This document shows, piece after piece, positions 35,653 to 47,420 of a stretch of DNA of 64,000 bases. Below the pieces are notes generated by a model. That model was not told where the DNA came from, made no database searches, and was given only the letters and a program-made list of their open reading frames with translations. This DNA is from Macrostomum lignano (taxonomy: Eukaryota): the NCBI GenBank assembly GCA_002269645.1, contig NIVC01000864.1:250528-314527 (forward strand), written 5' to 3'. The stretch's first letter is position 1; each line of letters starts with the position of its first letter. The translations under genes and the position numbers were made by a program.

Positions 35653-38208
35653 TTATTGATCAATGTTTTGGCAATGTAGCATTGGATAATATTTTAAAGA
35701 AAGAAAAAGTTTCCCTTGATACATTAAAAATGGAATTGGCTGATGAAAAAAGTGCTGAGTAGGTTCAATAAATACTAAATGGTCATTATTCACAGTGCAT
35801 ATAAAACTGCTATAATGACAAGAAAATTTAGCATTCACTTTTTTACAAATAATTATCCACTTGTTGGAAAGTTGAATAATATGGCTAATTAATGCTAAAG
35901 CAATTCCAGTTGGTTCTAAAATTGGCAAACAATAACGGTAATTTAATGTTGGAGTCCGATATACAAACCCCTGATATTTTAGTTCATTAGTAGAAAGACA
36001 AATAGTGCCAATAATTGAGTCTGTATCTAAATTCATGTTGTTGCATAACTCAGTTTGTTCATCTATTGTCAATAGCATATTTAAGCTAATAGGATTTATA
36101 TTATGGCTCTTAATTGTACCTGGTTCATAGTGCTTAATGATAAGTGCCTTTTGAATTTGATATTGTTTTGCACATGTATAGGCAGGATTTTTGAAATTTC
36201 TTGCATGCCTGTTTATATTCTTAAGCAATTGATGATGAGCTTCACCTCGCATACACCATAAGTATTTAAGACCACTATAATAATGATAAAATTCAGGATA
36301 GTGACATATATAATGCAATTTACATTTATATTTAGGATTGAAGCCCGTGTTTCTATATATTAATTCTAATTGGCCAGAAATAAGAGATTGAAAATATTCT
36401 AAGTTTATGCTACTATCATATGGGGACAAAATTATGTCAAGAAACTGCCTGTGACAATTAAATAATATCCAAATATCATCATCCAACTCAAACAAATGTC
36501 CAAATAAAAGTCCAAAGTATTGTAGAATAACAATTATTTGATTAGAAGTACATGGTAGATGATAATTTTGTAAGTGATATTTATTTATTGTAGGAATACT
36601 GACTTCTTTAATCAAATTTAGTTGTTTGTTTATATAGTCTATACTAATATTATGATTTTGAATAATACTTAATAGAATAATACATATAACAACATGAGAA
36701 AACCCTTCAAACACATCATGCATTATATCAGGGGGGAAAAAATATTGAAAGTTAATATATGCTACACTTCTAAACACAGATGGTGAAATTAAACCATTAC
36801 TTAAGGATTTAAAATCTTCAATATATGATGAATTATCTCGATATTCAAATAGGAATAATGTACTTATAATTCTTCTAATCTAATGCTACAAAGCTGTTTA
36901 TAACCTATAAAACAAAATCTACAAATATAACCACTTGAAAACCAAGTTTGCATACCTAACATTCTATGTATTGATAAATTATCCCCAGTCATGAAAGCAG
37001 CAATAACAGGCATTTTTATCAAATTACTTATTTGAAATTCTTCAAAGTAAAGCTCATTCAGCTCTCTAATTAATGGAAATAAACAAAACTGTAAACCTTT
37101 CTTTTTAACATTTGAATCATTAAATACTGTTAAAAGAAAATATAAGTCTGAAGATGAACTAAGATATTCAGGGAAATTAAGAATAGTAAAGTATACTACA
37201 CATAATTTATGTTTTGTTTTGGCAGACCCAATAGGATTACATATTTCAATTTCATCTGAATAAAGTTTTATGAATATACCATTCTTATTTGTTAACAATG
37301 GACTAATATGTTCTTCAAAATAAGTAGACTTGAAAAAAAAATTTTCTTTGTTGGTTGCATTTAAATAAGAATTTAATAATATACTTAAGCAATGTCTCAT
37401 TTTTTATAATAGAACTAAGTGTTTCTTTTATTGGAATATATAGAATTTTTAATTTTGATTCTTCATCTATGATTTCAATGGGCTCAACAAAATTAAACTT
37501 GTTTTGTAAAATTTCAAATATTTTTTTATTACTTAATAGATGCTCTAATGAAAGGTCAATCATTTCTTGCAAATTTAATTTATTTTTATAAGAATTATAG
37601 CTGTTAACTATTGAAGGACATTCTTCTTTTAAAAATTGCTCAAATAACAAAAAATAGTCATCAGCAAACTTCAATACTATTTCCTTAACAAGTTCACATA
37701 ATTGATTAGATTTGCTTTTAGGAATTAAAAAGAAATGTCTAGACTTTAGATAAAAGTAAACAAAATTTTCAGCAAGATGTTTTCTTGTATTTTCACATAA
37801 AAAATCACTAGACATTTCAAATTCAGGGTCTTTTTTTTCATTTTCAACTTGGTTACAAATAGTAGATAATATGGCTATATCTATAGGCACAGCTTGCAAT
37901 TCATTTTCTAAAGGGTTTCCTAATAAGTCTAGAGTAGGGTTATTATGAACACAATTTGGCTGTAGAACTTGGTCTTGGGAAAAATTATCAACAACACTGT
38001 TTTTGTGCATACGATAGGCATGTGCTTGTAATCCTTCAATTGTAACACTAATATGGTAACATCCCCTAACTGGACATAAAAAATTGCTATTCCCAAAAGA
38101 ATGGTATAGTTTTATATGACTTATAAGCTTAAATAAATCCTTGTGTGTATGAAGACATATACTACATTGAAATAGTTTTGAAATTACATTTTCATCTCCA
38201 TTTAACAT
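35653..38208 (-). pseudogene. EnSpm transposase (C2H2 N-terminus), two frameshifts
   Basis: LYSDEIEICNPIG, GDNLSIH, CRFC, PPDIMHDVFEG, KLHYICHY and WCMRGEAHHQ motifs. Breaks at ~37330 (A-run) and ~36870. Confidence 0.88.
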
Positions 38209-39585
38209 ATCCTGGACAGTGGATAAGCCTACTAAATTCGTCGTTGTGGAATGGACAACGCGTAAAAACGTTTAAAAAGCACTAATTTTTAGGTTTGATC
38301 AGAACGAATTGCACGCAACAATCTAAATGTTCGAAGTTAGTAGAGTGAAACAAAAGTTCCCAACATATTTTTGATCTGTGTTAGAAATGCGCTTGTACCT
38401 GTTAAAAGGAATACAATATATAATTCCTTTAATTTAAGGCATTTAGAGCTTTCGATTGATGCAATTACATTTGACGGATAATTTTATTTGTGTTTTTATG
38501 CGGCAAAAAATACGGTGGTATAAAACCTAAATTTATTTCCAGTCCGATTTTCTCTATAAAATCTCGCGTGTGCTTAAAAAAATATCATTTGAGGGCACTT
38601 GAAAAAATTTCATTCGTTTTCTCTGACCAAAAAAATCGGACCTTCAGACATGAAGGTCCGCCTTCAGGCATGAAGGTCCGCATTATGCAATTCGGACCTT
38701 ATCCGGACCCATAAGATTTACAGTGCAGACGAATTTCCCCGCCGAGATTTTATCGCAGTGCAAATTTTCCCACGAGCGAATTGCATGCCGAGTTTTTTCC
38801 CGCCGAGCTTTGCCCGCAATGCTTTTTTCCTGCAGCGCATTTAGCCACACGGCAGATTTTGTTTGCATTACCTTCCCATAAAGTAAGTATTAATAAAGAG
38901 ATTTACACGATCAAAACGTTTTGATAGTAGTTAGTAACTGCAAATCAAATGCATATTCTTGGGGGGAAGCAATGCAGACAAAATCTAGCTGCGAAATGCG
39001 CAGGGAAATTCCTCGGTGGGAAAAAACTCGGCTGGAAATTCGCTCGCGGGCCATTCTCATGGACCCATTAGATTAGCATGAAAAAATTTAATTAAAAGTT
39101 TCACTTAAAGAGAAAACAGTGGCTTTAAAATCAATAAGATATTATTACCAAGAATTACTGATTTAAAAAACAACAAAAAGGGTTAAAGAAAAACAGCGAT
39201 TAATAAAAGTACATCTTGACATTTTTTAGCTCTTTCACTACGAAATTTGCTCTCTGCTTTGACATTTGCCTCCCAAAATACAACTTGAACCTGTTTTCTA
39301 AGCCTGACCGCCCTCAGGCCCAAAGACTATTTGCCGCTTACTGCCGCTCGAGCCGCCCTGTTTTGGAGTTTGGTCTAAATGTAGTCGCTGCATAAGTCTC
39401 TATTTTATACAACATTCAAATTAATGCACGAAGCTTAAAGCCGGCAGCTCAGCAGAGCTCAGCAGAGATCGAGAGGAGCGGCTTCGCTTCGAGTTGAGTT
39501 GCCTGCCAGCCCCAGTTCATCTCTTGCAGAGCCAACGCTCAGCATAAAATTTCTGTCAACTTTTATCTGCACAGAATCCTTAAAA

Positions 39586-41662
39586 ATGAGGCTAAAAAAC
39601 GTCAGCACAATCTTCATGACTTTTCTGGCTGCTTTTTGCATCCAGCTCGATGCGTCAAGCAAACTGCATCTCGCTGATGACGGCTACTATAACGACTTGC
39701 TAGTCTTTGTGCAAATATCTGCAGACGGCAACGTGCATGACAAGCAGCTGGATTCGAGGCAAGTTCCCTTTGACCTGCGGTATCCGGTGGAATTCGACGT
39801 CAGCGCTCGCAGCAACCTCGTTTTCTCGCTGTTTCTGCCAAGCGATCCCGCCAAGGTTGGCTCTCTGCGCCTCATGCTTCGGTCGCCGAGCGGTAGGACT
39901 TTCAATTGCTCTGGTGGCAGCAGCGCCATTTGCACAGTCGATGCTGCAGTCGGATCCGTGACGGTGCAAATTCCTGACGCTGAGGTAGAGGTGAGTTTAG
40001 CCAAATACGTGCATTGTGAGCCAATGTTCTCGCTTGCTGGAGGGGTTACTTTACGACGGCAAAAGTAGAACGCAGAAGAAAGTGAAATATTAACAGCTAC
40101 TGTAACAGTGTGTTGCACTCAAACTGACTTTTAACATTCACTACAATTTAAATATGCTTTTTCAGGAGCAGATAAGCCAAAAATAGAAATAATTATTAGG
40201 GCAGATAATTACTAAGACTAAGACTATTAAACTTTTAGGCTTAAACCAATAGAAATCGCCTTGCCTCAAACCCGCCACTCCAACAGAGCGGAAAGTGGAC
40301 GCTGGCGAACCTCGCAGTCGGTCTCTCTCGCCGGATTCGCAGACAGGCGGCCTCAAACATGCATGTAGTTATCACTGGAAACCCGTATCACTTTTTTCCT
40401 AAAAATTCTATCATTAAAGTGAAACCAAACAAAGTGAAAATGGTCAAGTATGATACTTCAATCAGTGTTGTCGTGCATCTATTACCAAGACCCCTAACTC
40501 GGCATCAGCTGTACGCAGATGTCAAATCGGGCAACACAGAAGTGGCTCGATTTTGTCTACTCGAACAACACGGCAGTGAGTTAAGACTAAACATTTAATA
40601 GCTCGATTTAAATGTTAGTCTCAAACACCGCATATATCCCACATTTGCTTCGTACAGATTCTGGAACATTTATTGCCAAGGTACCTCTCTATGCAGTACA
40701 GAAAGCTGGCCAGTATCATGTCAATGTGCATATCACGCACCCCTACTCATCTGAACGGTCTGCCGGCACTTTGACTGTTCAGGCGGAGGACCCCAACTTT
40801 GACAGACGTCGTATTGTGCCTGAAACAGTTACGGGGATCTATAAAAGTAACTTGAATAACGCTAGCAAAAAATTTGAGATCAAATGGAATCCAGTCGAAG
40901 ATCCGTCTGGTCTACTCACGCCTAAAGCAGGTAGGTGTAACGCTTGCAGCAGCTCTGCTGAATGTTGAAATACAAGCTGAAATATGAATTGTGCAGAAAT
41001 TTTGTTCAAGCCACTAAGTTACCAAATACACAATCCGGTTCAAAGAGTAAACAGTTTCTCAAATATCTGCTGCACAGCCGTCATGCAAATTTCACTGACT
41101 CTGACGCTTATGAGCATTCAAATTACCTCCAACAGAAGTGCCTCTCTACAGCATTCGCTACGAAAAATCAGGGGACAGCTGCACCACTTCAAAGGGCCGT
41201 AGCTATTACTTCTGTCCGGAACTGGCTGTCACCAACCAATCTTCGGCGAACATCTACAACCAGTATATAGCTCTGAATGAGCCTCTAATGCGGGTATCAG
41301 TGATTGCCATTTCCGCTGCAAACGTGTCCAGTTTTTCTAGCAAATATTTGCATATTCATGCCAGGACGATATCGGATTATCTGCCGGTCGATGTTGACAA
41401 AAAGCAATGGTGCGGACTCAACACTACGACGAGCACATCGACCCCGCACAACTCTCTCGACCCGACAGTAACGCAAAGTTTAACGAATGACCCGAACAAG
41501 GCCAAGTCAACAGTCGACTCCACGACCAAGTCGTCGCCACGAAACTCGACGCAGGCGAAATCGTCGGCTCAACTAAATGTGGATTTGTCGTGGCTCAGTG
41601 CGGGAACCGTCTGCTCTCTGGCTGTCCTCACGGTATCCGCACAGCAGTGGCTGATCCAGTGA
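39586..41662 (+). CDS. Internally deleted 'mini-CLCA' copy D, 497 aa predicted (exons 39586-39990, 40287-40575, 40658-40930, 41136-41662)
   Basis: All splice sites are canonical and phase-compatible, with no stops. Signal exon is fused in frame to the post-vWA exon at CAGCTG 39745-39750. AATAAA at 41729. Confidence 0.8.
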
Positions 41663-41728
41663 GCTCGCAGTTCCAGTCAGCAGCGATACGGGAGATGCCT
41701 TGCCGGCTCTGGGCTTGGAAACTCGCTG

Positions 41729-41734
41729 AATAAA
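41729..41734 (+). promoter_or_regulatory. Candidate polyadenylation signal of copy D
   Basis: AATAAA 67 nt after the stop codon. Confidence 0.55.
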
Positions 41735-42189
41735 GACTCCCCGTAATATCATTTTGGCAATTAGCTTTGAATTCCTCCTCCAGAAAATGCTCTTTCCGTT
41801 CCTCTGCTCGGATTTTTCAGAGACTGACGCAAATTATTAGAGTAAAAAGTACCAATAGGAAGTAGATAAACTGTATCCCGCCCCTGTTTACCCTGTGATT
41901 TACGATTATCTGTACTGAAATTAAACCTCACGCCTGACCCACCATTCATTCAATGCATTCAATCCGCTCTTAATTAATCATAATTCCTAAGCCAACCGAG
42001 TCAGAGTGTATACTGTACTATACTAAATATTTTTATGTATTTGTACATGGTTGACAAGCGCTCAGAATGATAAAAGTACAAATACATTATTCCCTCACGA
42101 AGATCCTGCAGAGTCACAAGAGCTCCTTCTGACACGACCTCTTCATGCTCCAGCTGCAGGTGCACGGCGTCACTTGGAGGGTCTTGGGC

Positions 42190-43690
42190 AGCAAAACTCA
42201 GGCGAGACAAGGCATCTGCATCTACCATCAGTCTTCCCGGCACATGCTCCACCTCGTAGTCAAAAGCAGATAGCCGCAGGACCCAGCGAGTTAGTCTTGC
42301 CGACACTGTTTTAGGGAGATTTTTGCTGGGATTAAAGATGTACTTCAGTGGCTCGTGTTCAGTCTGGAGCGTGAACCTCTTCCCCAGAAGCATCTCGCGA
42401 GCTCGCTCCACCGCCCAGACAATCGCCAGCGCCTCCCTCTCAATGTTGGAGTAGTTGGCTAGTAGCGTTGGAGTAATGTTGGAGTAGTAGTACTTGTAGG
42501 TGGAGTGATCTGGCTTACCGAGAGCTCTGTCGAGACCTCGCGCTCGAGGAATTTGCTCCGGTCCTCCTGGTTGCCGAGGCCGGCGATGAGACGCATTTTG
42601 ATCAGCTGCTTAGCTGGATCAACAATATCGCCCTTCAGCTTCTCGAATTCGCAGACCACCGCCTGCTCTCGAAGTCGGGCAGCGAAGCCGGCTACTGTCT
42701 TGCCCTCTCCTTGGCGCATGGACATGAAAGCCGCTCGCTCGCCAATCTGCAGCCTCTTATTGGGTTCCAGAAACCGCACGAGGCACTCCTTGATTTCCGC
42801 CCACTTCATCTGCGAGAGCGGTTTGGGCGCGACCAGCTGCTTCACTTTGATGAGCTGTGCCACGCCAATGCAGCCAAGGAAGGCATCGGTCAACGCCAGA
42901 TTGCCGGCTGTGTCATCAGTGCGATCGGTGTCCTTCACTCTTTTTGACCGCGCCTGGGCGTCAAAGACTTTGGTCCATGCCTGCAACTCCTCAATGCTGT
43001 TTAGGGGCAACGGGTCCCGTAGCTTTATGGACATCCGATGATCCTGCTTGCGACGCCAAAATGTTAGAATGAACAAGTCGGTAGCCGATAGATTGCGAGG
43101 CGAGAAAACGAACGTGCCAAGTGCACCGTCCAACATCGTCGGACTCCTACTCCGGGTGGCCTGAGGCGATCCAGGTGCCAGACCGAACTGCGGAAAGTGT
43201 CCTGTCCTGCGGGTTATGAGAGCGGTGTTCGCCAGGAACGGTGTGCCTCGGACGCTAGTGTCGGACAATGCGCCGGAGTTCAAGTCAGAGAAAATGTCCC
43301 AGTGGCTGCGCAGCATCGGGTGCCAGGATCTGCACACTCCGCCGTACCATCCGGCTTCGAACGGTCAGGCAGAAAGGCTAGTGAGGATCATCAAGGATGG
43401 ACTCAAGGCGTGAACGAAAATGGTGCCGTTCGACCACTTCCTAAAATGTTAGAATGAACAAGTGGGTAGCCGATAGATTGCGAGGCGAGACAACGAACGT
43501 GCCAAGCGCACCGTCCAACATCGATAAAATTTATTGTAAGCGAGCAACAATATCAGCCACCCCAACCCCAGAGCTAAAACAGCCACAGCGTACATTGAAG
43601 ATACACACGCACGCACGGAGTTAAAATGACAAACGCAACTGCATGGAATAAAAACAACCCCAACCCCCAAGCACGAGACCCAACAAGGAA
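42190..43690. mobile_element. Scrambled Ty3/Gypsy fragments: RNase H (-), gag (-), PBS/LTR end, integrase core (+)
   Basis: ARLTRW...DADALSRL; ERAAFMSMRQ...LREQAVVCEF; LVSDNAPEF...PYHPASNGQAER. TGGCGTCGCAAGCAGGAT next to ...CTAACA. ~80-bp direct repeat at ~43055 and ~43444. Confidence 0.82.
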
Positions 43691-44564
43691 TTGGACGGGA
43701 CTTAAGCAATTCGTGGACCCCAGCCACTAAGCAACTGCTCCGGCGGGAGCATTTGATGCGCATTCGCCAGCACCTGCTGTTATCAGATCCGGCAGATGCT
43801 GTTCTGTGGGCTCTCGTGCTGACGGACTGGTTCGGCATGTTGTGTTTCGATAATCTGTGCGCCCGCAAGAAAACGGGTGAATCGGCGAGCGCGATCATGA
43901 TCTCTGATGTCAAGTTCAGCCGCGCTGGTGTTACCATCTATGTAGCTAGCTCGTTCAAAGACTGTAGTTCGGTGAGCGTGTTCACACCATCCAGGTCCTG
44001 GTCATGGGCCCAAGGGGGGTCCGCCACCGCCTGCATCGTCTGTTTGGCAAAATCGGACTGGAAGCTTCCGGCGTGGTGGAGCAACATTTGATTTTGATGC
44101 TGGGCAGAGCGTGGACCACATCAAACTGCTGGGAGATTGGCGCAGCTCGGCAGTTTAGCGGTAAATCTCTGATGGCAATGCCGGTAACCTCGCGGCCCGT
44201 CGTTCTATGTCTGCTCGCCTTGGCTCCTATGGCTCCTATCTTTTGCTTCCTCTCTCCTCTGACTCGCCTGCTATTTTGGAGTTTGGGGTTGCTCCCCTGT
44301 TCGTTGCTTTGTGCTCGCTGTCCTCCACGTTCTGCTGTTCTGTCTTCGTCACTTGCCTAACCCCTAAGATAAATACACGAGTCTCGGTTTGTAAGCCGGA
44401 ACATTTGCTAGTACGCTCGTATTGACAAACTACGCGTTTTCAAGTCTTCATAGTAATCACGAAAGGACGACAGTTTATTCATTGACGAAAGATTCGAAAG
44501 AGCGCGTGGTGAGTTGCATTGCCGAATATTTTTACGGTGAGTTTTCAAGTCTCTCTTCTTTAAC

Positions 44565-46055
44565 TCACAACTGAGCCGGTCCGCAGTTTCCACACCAGAA
44601 AGGGCCGGTTTTCGTTGAACTTTAGTATGACATTTTTATCCGCTTCATGCGTCCGGCCAGATTTTTAAGAGTGGACCAGATCCTGGGCTCGTAGCCGTTC
44701 TCAAGGAGGAATTTGTTCCAGCGGTCCCGTCTCTCCGCTTCCAGGCTCGAGTTGATTTGCGCTTGTAGGTCCGCAATACTAGGGTCCGACGGGTTTAAGT
44801 CCAAGTGGCGGCAGGTTCGCATTGGAGTACCGCAGGGCAGCGCCATCAGCCCGCTCCTTTTCGCCTTTTATCTGGCTAAGGCTCCTGTGCACATCAATCC
44901 GACTACTAAGCTAATCGGCTACGCTGACGATCTTACCGTTGCCGCCTCGTCCCCAAGCTGCAATTCCATTGAACAACAACTGGATCACTATCTCGCTGAA
45001 CTCGCTCCGTTCCTCGAGTCGCGCAAGCTCCAGAGTTCTACATCAAAGTGTACGGCCACTCTGTTCAGTCCAGACCAGCGCGAATACTTCTGCCAGCTTA
45101 ATGTCTTCATCAACGGCTCTCCACTGCCACAGGCCGTCCATCCAAAAACTCTGGGCGTGACCTTCGACCCAAACTCTCCTTTGCGAGACACGTCTCCATC
45201 TTTGCGGAGAAAACCCAGAAAAGAAATAGCCTGCTACGCTGCCTCGCCGGCTCATCGTGCTGCTGTTGCAAGGAACTTTTGCTGACACCTTTAAAGCTCT
45301 TGGCAGAAGTCTGCTCGACTACGCTGCGCCGGTCTGGGGCCCATCATCTCGAACTCGTCCTGGACTCGGCTTCAATCGGTCCAGAATGCAGCAATTCGCA
45401 GCATCACCGGCTGCACAGCCCTTACCTCTGAAGTGAATCTACACAGTGAAGTTCAGTTGCTTACCGTCCGCCAACACAACCGGCTCCTTTCGCTCCAGTT
45501 CAAGCACCGCACCAGACGCCCGGAACATTCATGCCACCATCTTTCCTGTCTCCCACCTCTGCGTAGACTCATGAAAGCCTCCATCTTCACTGCTGAGCAT
45601 TTTAACGCCGATTGGGTGCCGGTTCCAGCCCCGGATGTCCTTGACGCTGGCTGCAGCCTGGTATCGCGCCAAGAGGGCCCAACCCACGCAGCCAGTACAG
45701 GCCATGCTGGACAGTTTTCCACCGAACCGCGTCATTCGTGCACAACGACCTAAAATTCACCGCTCCAAAGTTCGCCTCCCCCGCCGTGTGCGGTGCACGC
45801 TGGCGCAGCTTCGCTCCGGTTTCTTCCCGCTTCTTCGCGACTTTCAGTCGAGGATCAACCCTGGCGTCGCCGCGGTTCGTCCTGCTTGCGGCGGCCTTGA
45901 GCCCCAAACGGTGGCCCACCTCTTCAACTGCCCTGCGCCTATCTGACGCAGCTTTGTCCGAGTGACTTATGGACTAACCCGATCGAGACGTGCACCTTTC
46001 TGGAGTCAGCCGCCCTCGGCGGGCTGGGACCCCGGTCGTAGGTTAACACACACAC
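44565..46055 (+). mobile_element. I-group (Ingi/Vingi-like) LINE with inverted 5' segment, copy 1
   Basis: VPQGSAISPLLF, GYADDL, C-terminal CxxC...HLFNCP and (CA)n tail; 44565-44795 is inverted. Confidence 0.85.
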
Positions 46056-47420
46056 GTCTCAAAGGTCAAGCTTCAACCGGCGGTCATCGTCAGCTATCTG
46101 AGACTAAGACCGCAGCGATCATTTTCACCAGCAGGACCAAGTGGCAGATTCGGCCGCTCACGCTTTACGGAAGGGAAATCCCCTTCTGCAAGCAGACTAA
46201 ATGTATTACTCTGGACCACAAGCTGAACTGGTCACCCCACGTTTAAGCAAAAGCTAAAGAAGGTCCTCGCAGTCCTCGCGCAACTTCGCAGGGCTGTCGG
46301 CACCACCTGGGGGCTCACCCCCAAGCGCTTCTGGTGGATCTACACTGCAATGGTTAGGCCTGCTATCTCGTATGGCGGCCTAATCTGGGCTAGCACCCTG
46401 CAGATGAAGACCTGTCTAGAGGCCCTTAGGAGAGCGCAAGGGCACGCATGTCGCACGATCATGAGCGCCCCTCCGTCTGCTCCATACGATGGCCTCAACG
46501 CCTTCCTCAACATTCTTCCGCTGGACATCTTTGTCCGCAAGGAAGCGGCTAAGACTGCCCGCCGTCTAATTGACACTGGCATTCGTATCCTGCCCCATAG
46601 GACCATGGCTAAGCGCAAGCTCCTGCCCCACGCCGACCTCTGCCTCAAAGACTTAAGAGACGGCGGCGGGCTCCACGTCTTATCTGACGGTGAACCCCGC
46701 ACTCTCAACCTCTTTCAGCGCTACAAGGTCACCATCCCCTCTAGGGATGCTGCCAATGACCACAGGAATTTCCAGGAGGGCCATTGCTACACGGACGGAT
46801 CCATCAAAGACGGCCGCGCCGGCTTTGGGGTCTGCATCATCATCAACGGCCGCTTCATTGCCACGCATGCTCAGCACACTAGCAGACTCTCCACGGTCTT
46901 CCAGAACGAAGTCCTTGCTATCAGCTCTTGCGCTGCAGAGCTGAACGCAAAGGGTACGAGAGGAGAGACTATTGTCATCCACTCCGATAGCCAGGCCCTT
47001 TGCTACACCACAACGAACTCCCGGACAGTTGCCGACTGCGTCCGGCATCTCAACCTCCTGGCCAGTAGCAATACTGTCAGGCTGAAGTGGATCCCAGGGC
47101 ACGCAGGGTTTCCGGGGAACGAGCTGGCGGACACCATCGTCAAGAGGGGCGGCTCTGGCTCTTTCTTTGGCCCTGCCCCCTTGGTCCCTATGCCCTCGAC
47201 AGTCATCAATCGTCAGATCACCCAAAACTGCCGGCAATCCCGTGCCGCGGTTCCTCGCCCGTCTCGCAGGCTCAGAAACGTTCTTCTGAACCAAAATCGG
47301 AAGGATATTCGAGCCCTTGTCGTGACCCTTACCGGCCATGTCTACCTCGCCAGACACTCCTTCCTCCGAGGCGACCTCGAGAGCGAACTTTGCCCTTTTT
47401 GCGAGTACGACAATGAAGAT
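46056..47420 (+). mobile_element. LOA/R1-like LINE remnant: 36 bp of ORF1 joined to RT C-terminus and RNase H
   Basis: TWGLTPK...MVRPAISYG, YTDGS, VFQNEVLAI, HSDSQA and WIPGHAGFPGNELAD motifs. Confidence 0.85.

Larger units (their letters stand above)
32114..38725 (-). mobile_element. EnSpm/CACTA (CMC) DNA transposon, 6,612 bp
   Basis: CACTGTAA termini, 2-bp TSD CA, ggtccg subterminal repeats at both ends, transposase plus ORF2. Confidence 0.9.
32092..39066. mobile_element. Small GGG-ended non-autonomous DNA transposon (MITE, ~360 bp of its own sequence) hosting the EnSpm element
   Basis: 8-bp TSD ATTAGATT at 32084-32091 and 39067-39074. Imperfect TIR GGGAGCACAAGAATTTCCCGC / GGGTCCATGAGAATGGCCCGC. 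Confidence 0.75.

Noticed and set aside
42459-43337. A 292-aa single gene
   Set aside because: It reads through antisense integrase, LTR and gag pieces.
44408-44565. P-element transposase N-terminal fragment
   Set aside because: The resemblance (NSPRAL...) is too weak to call by eye.
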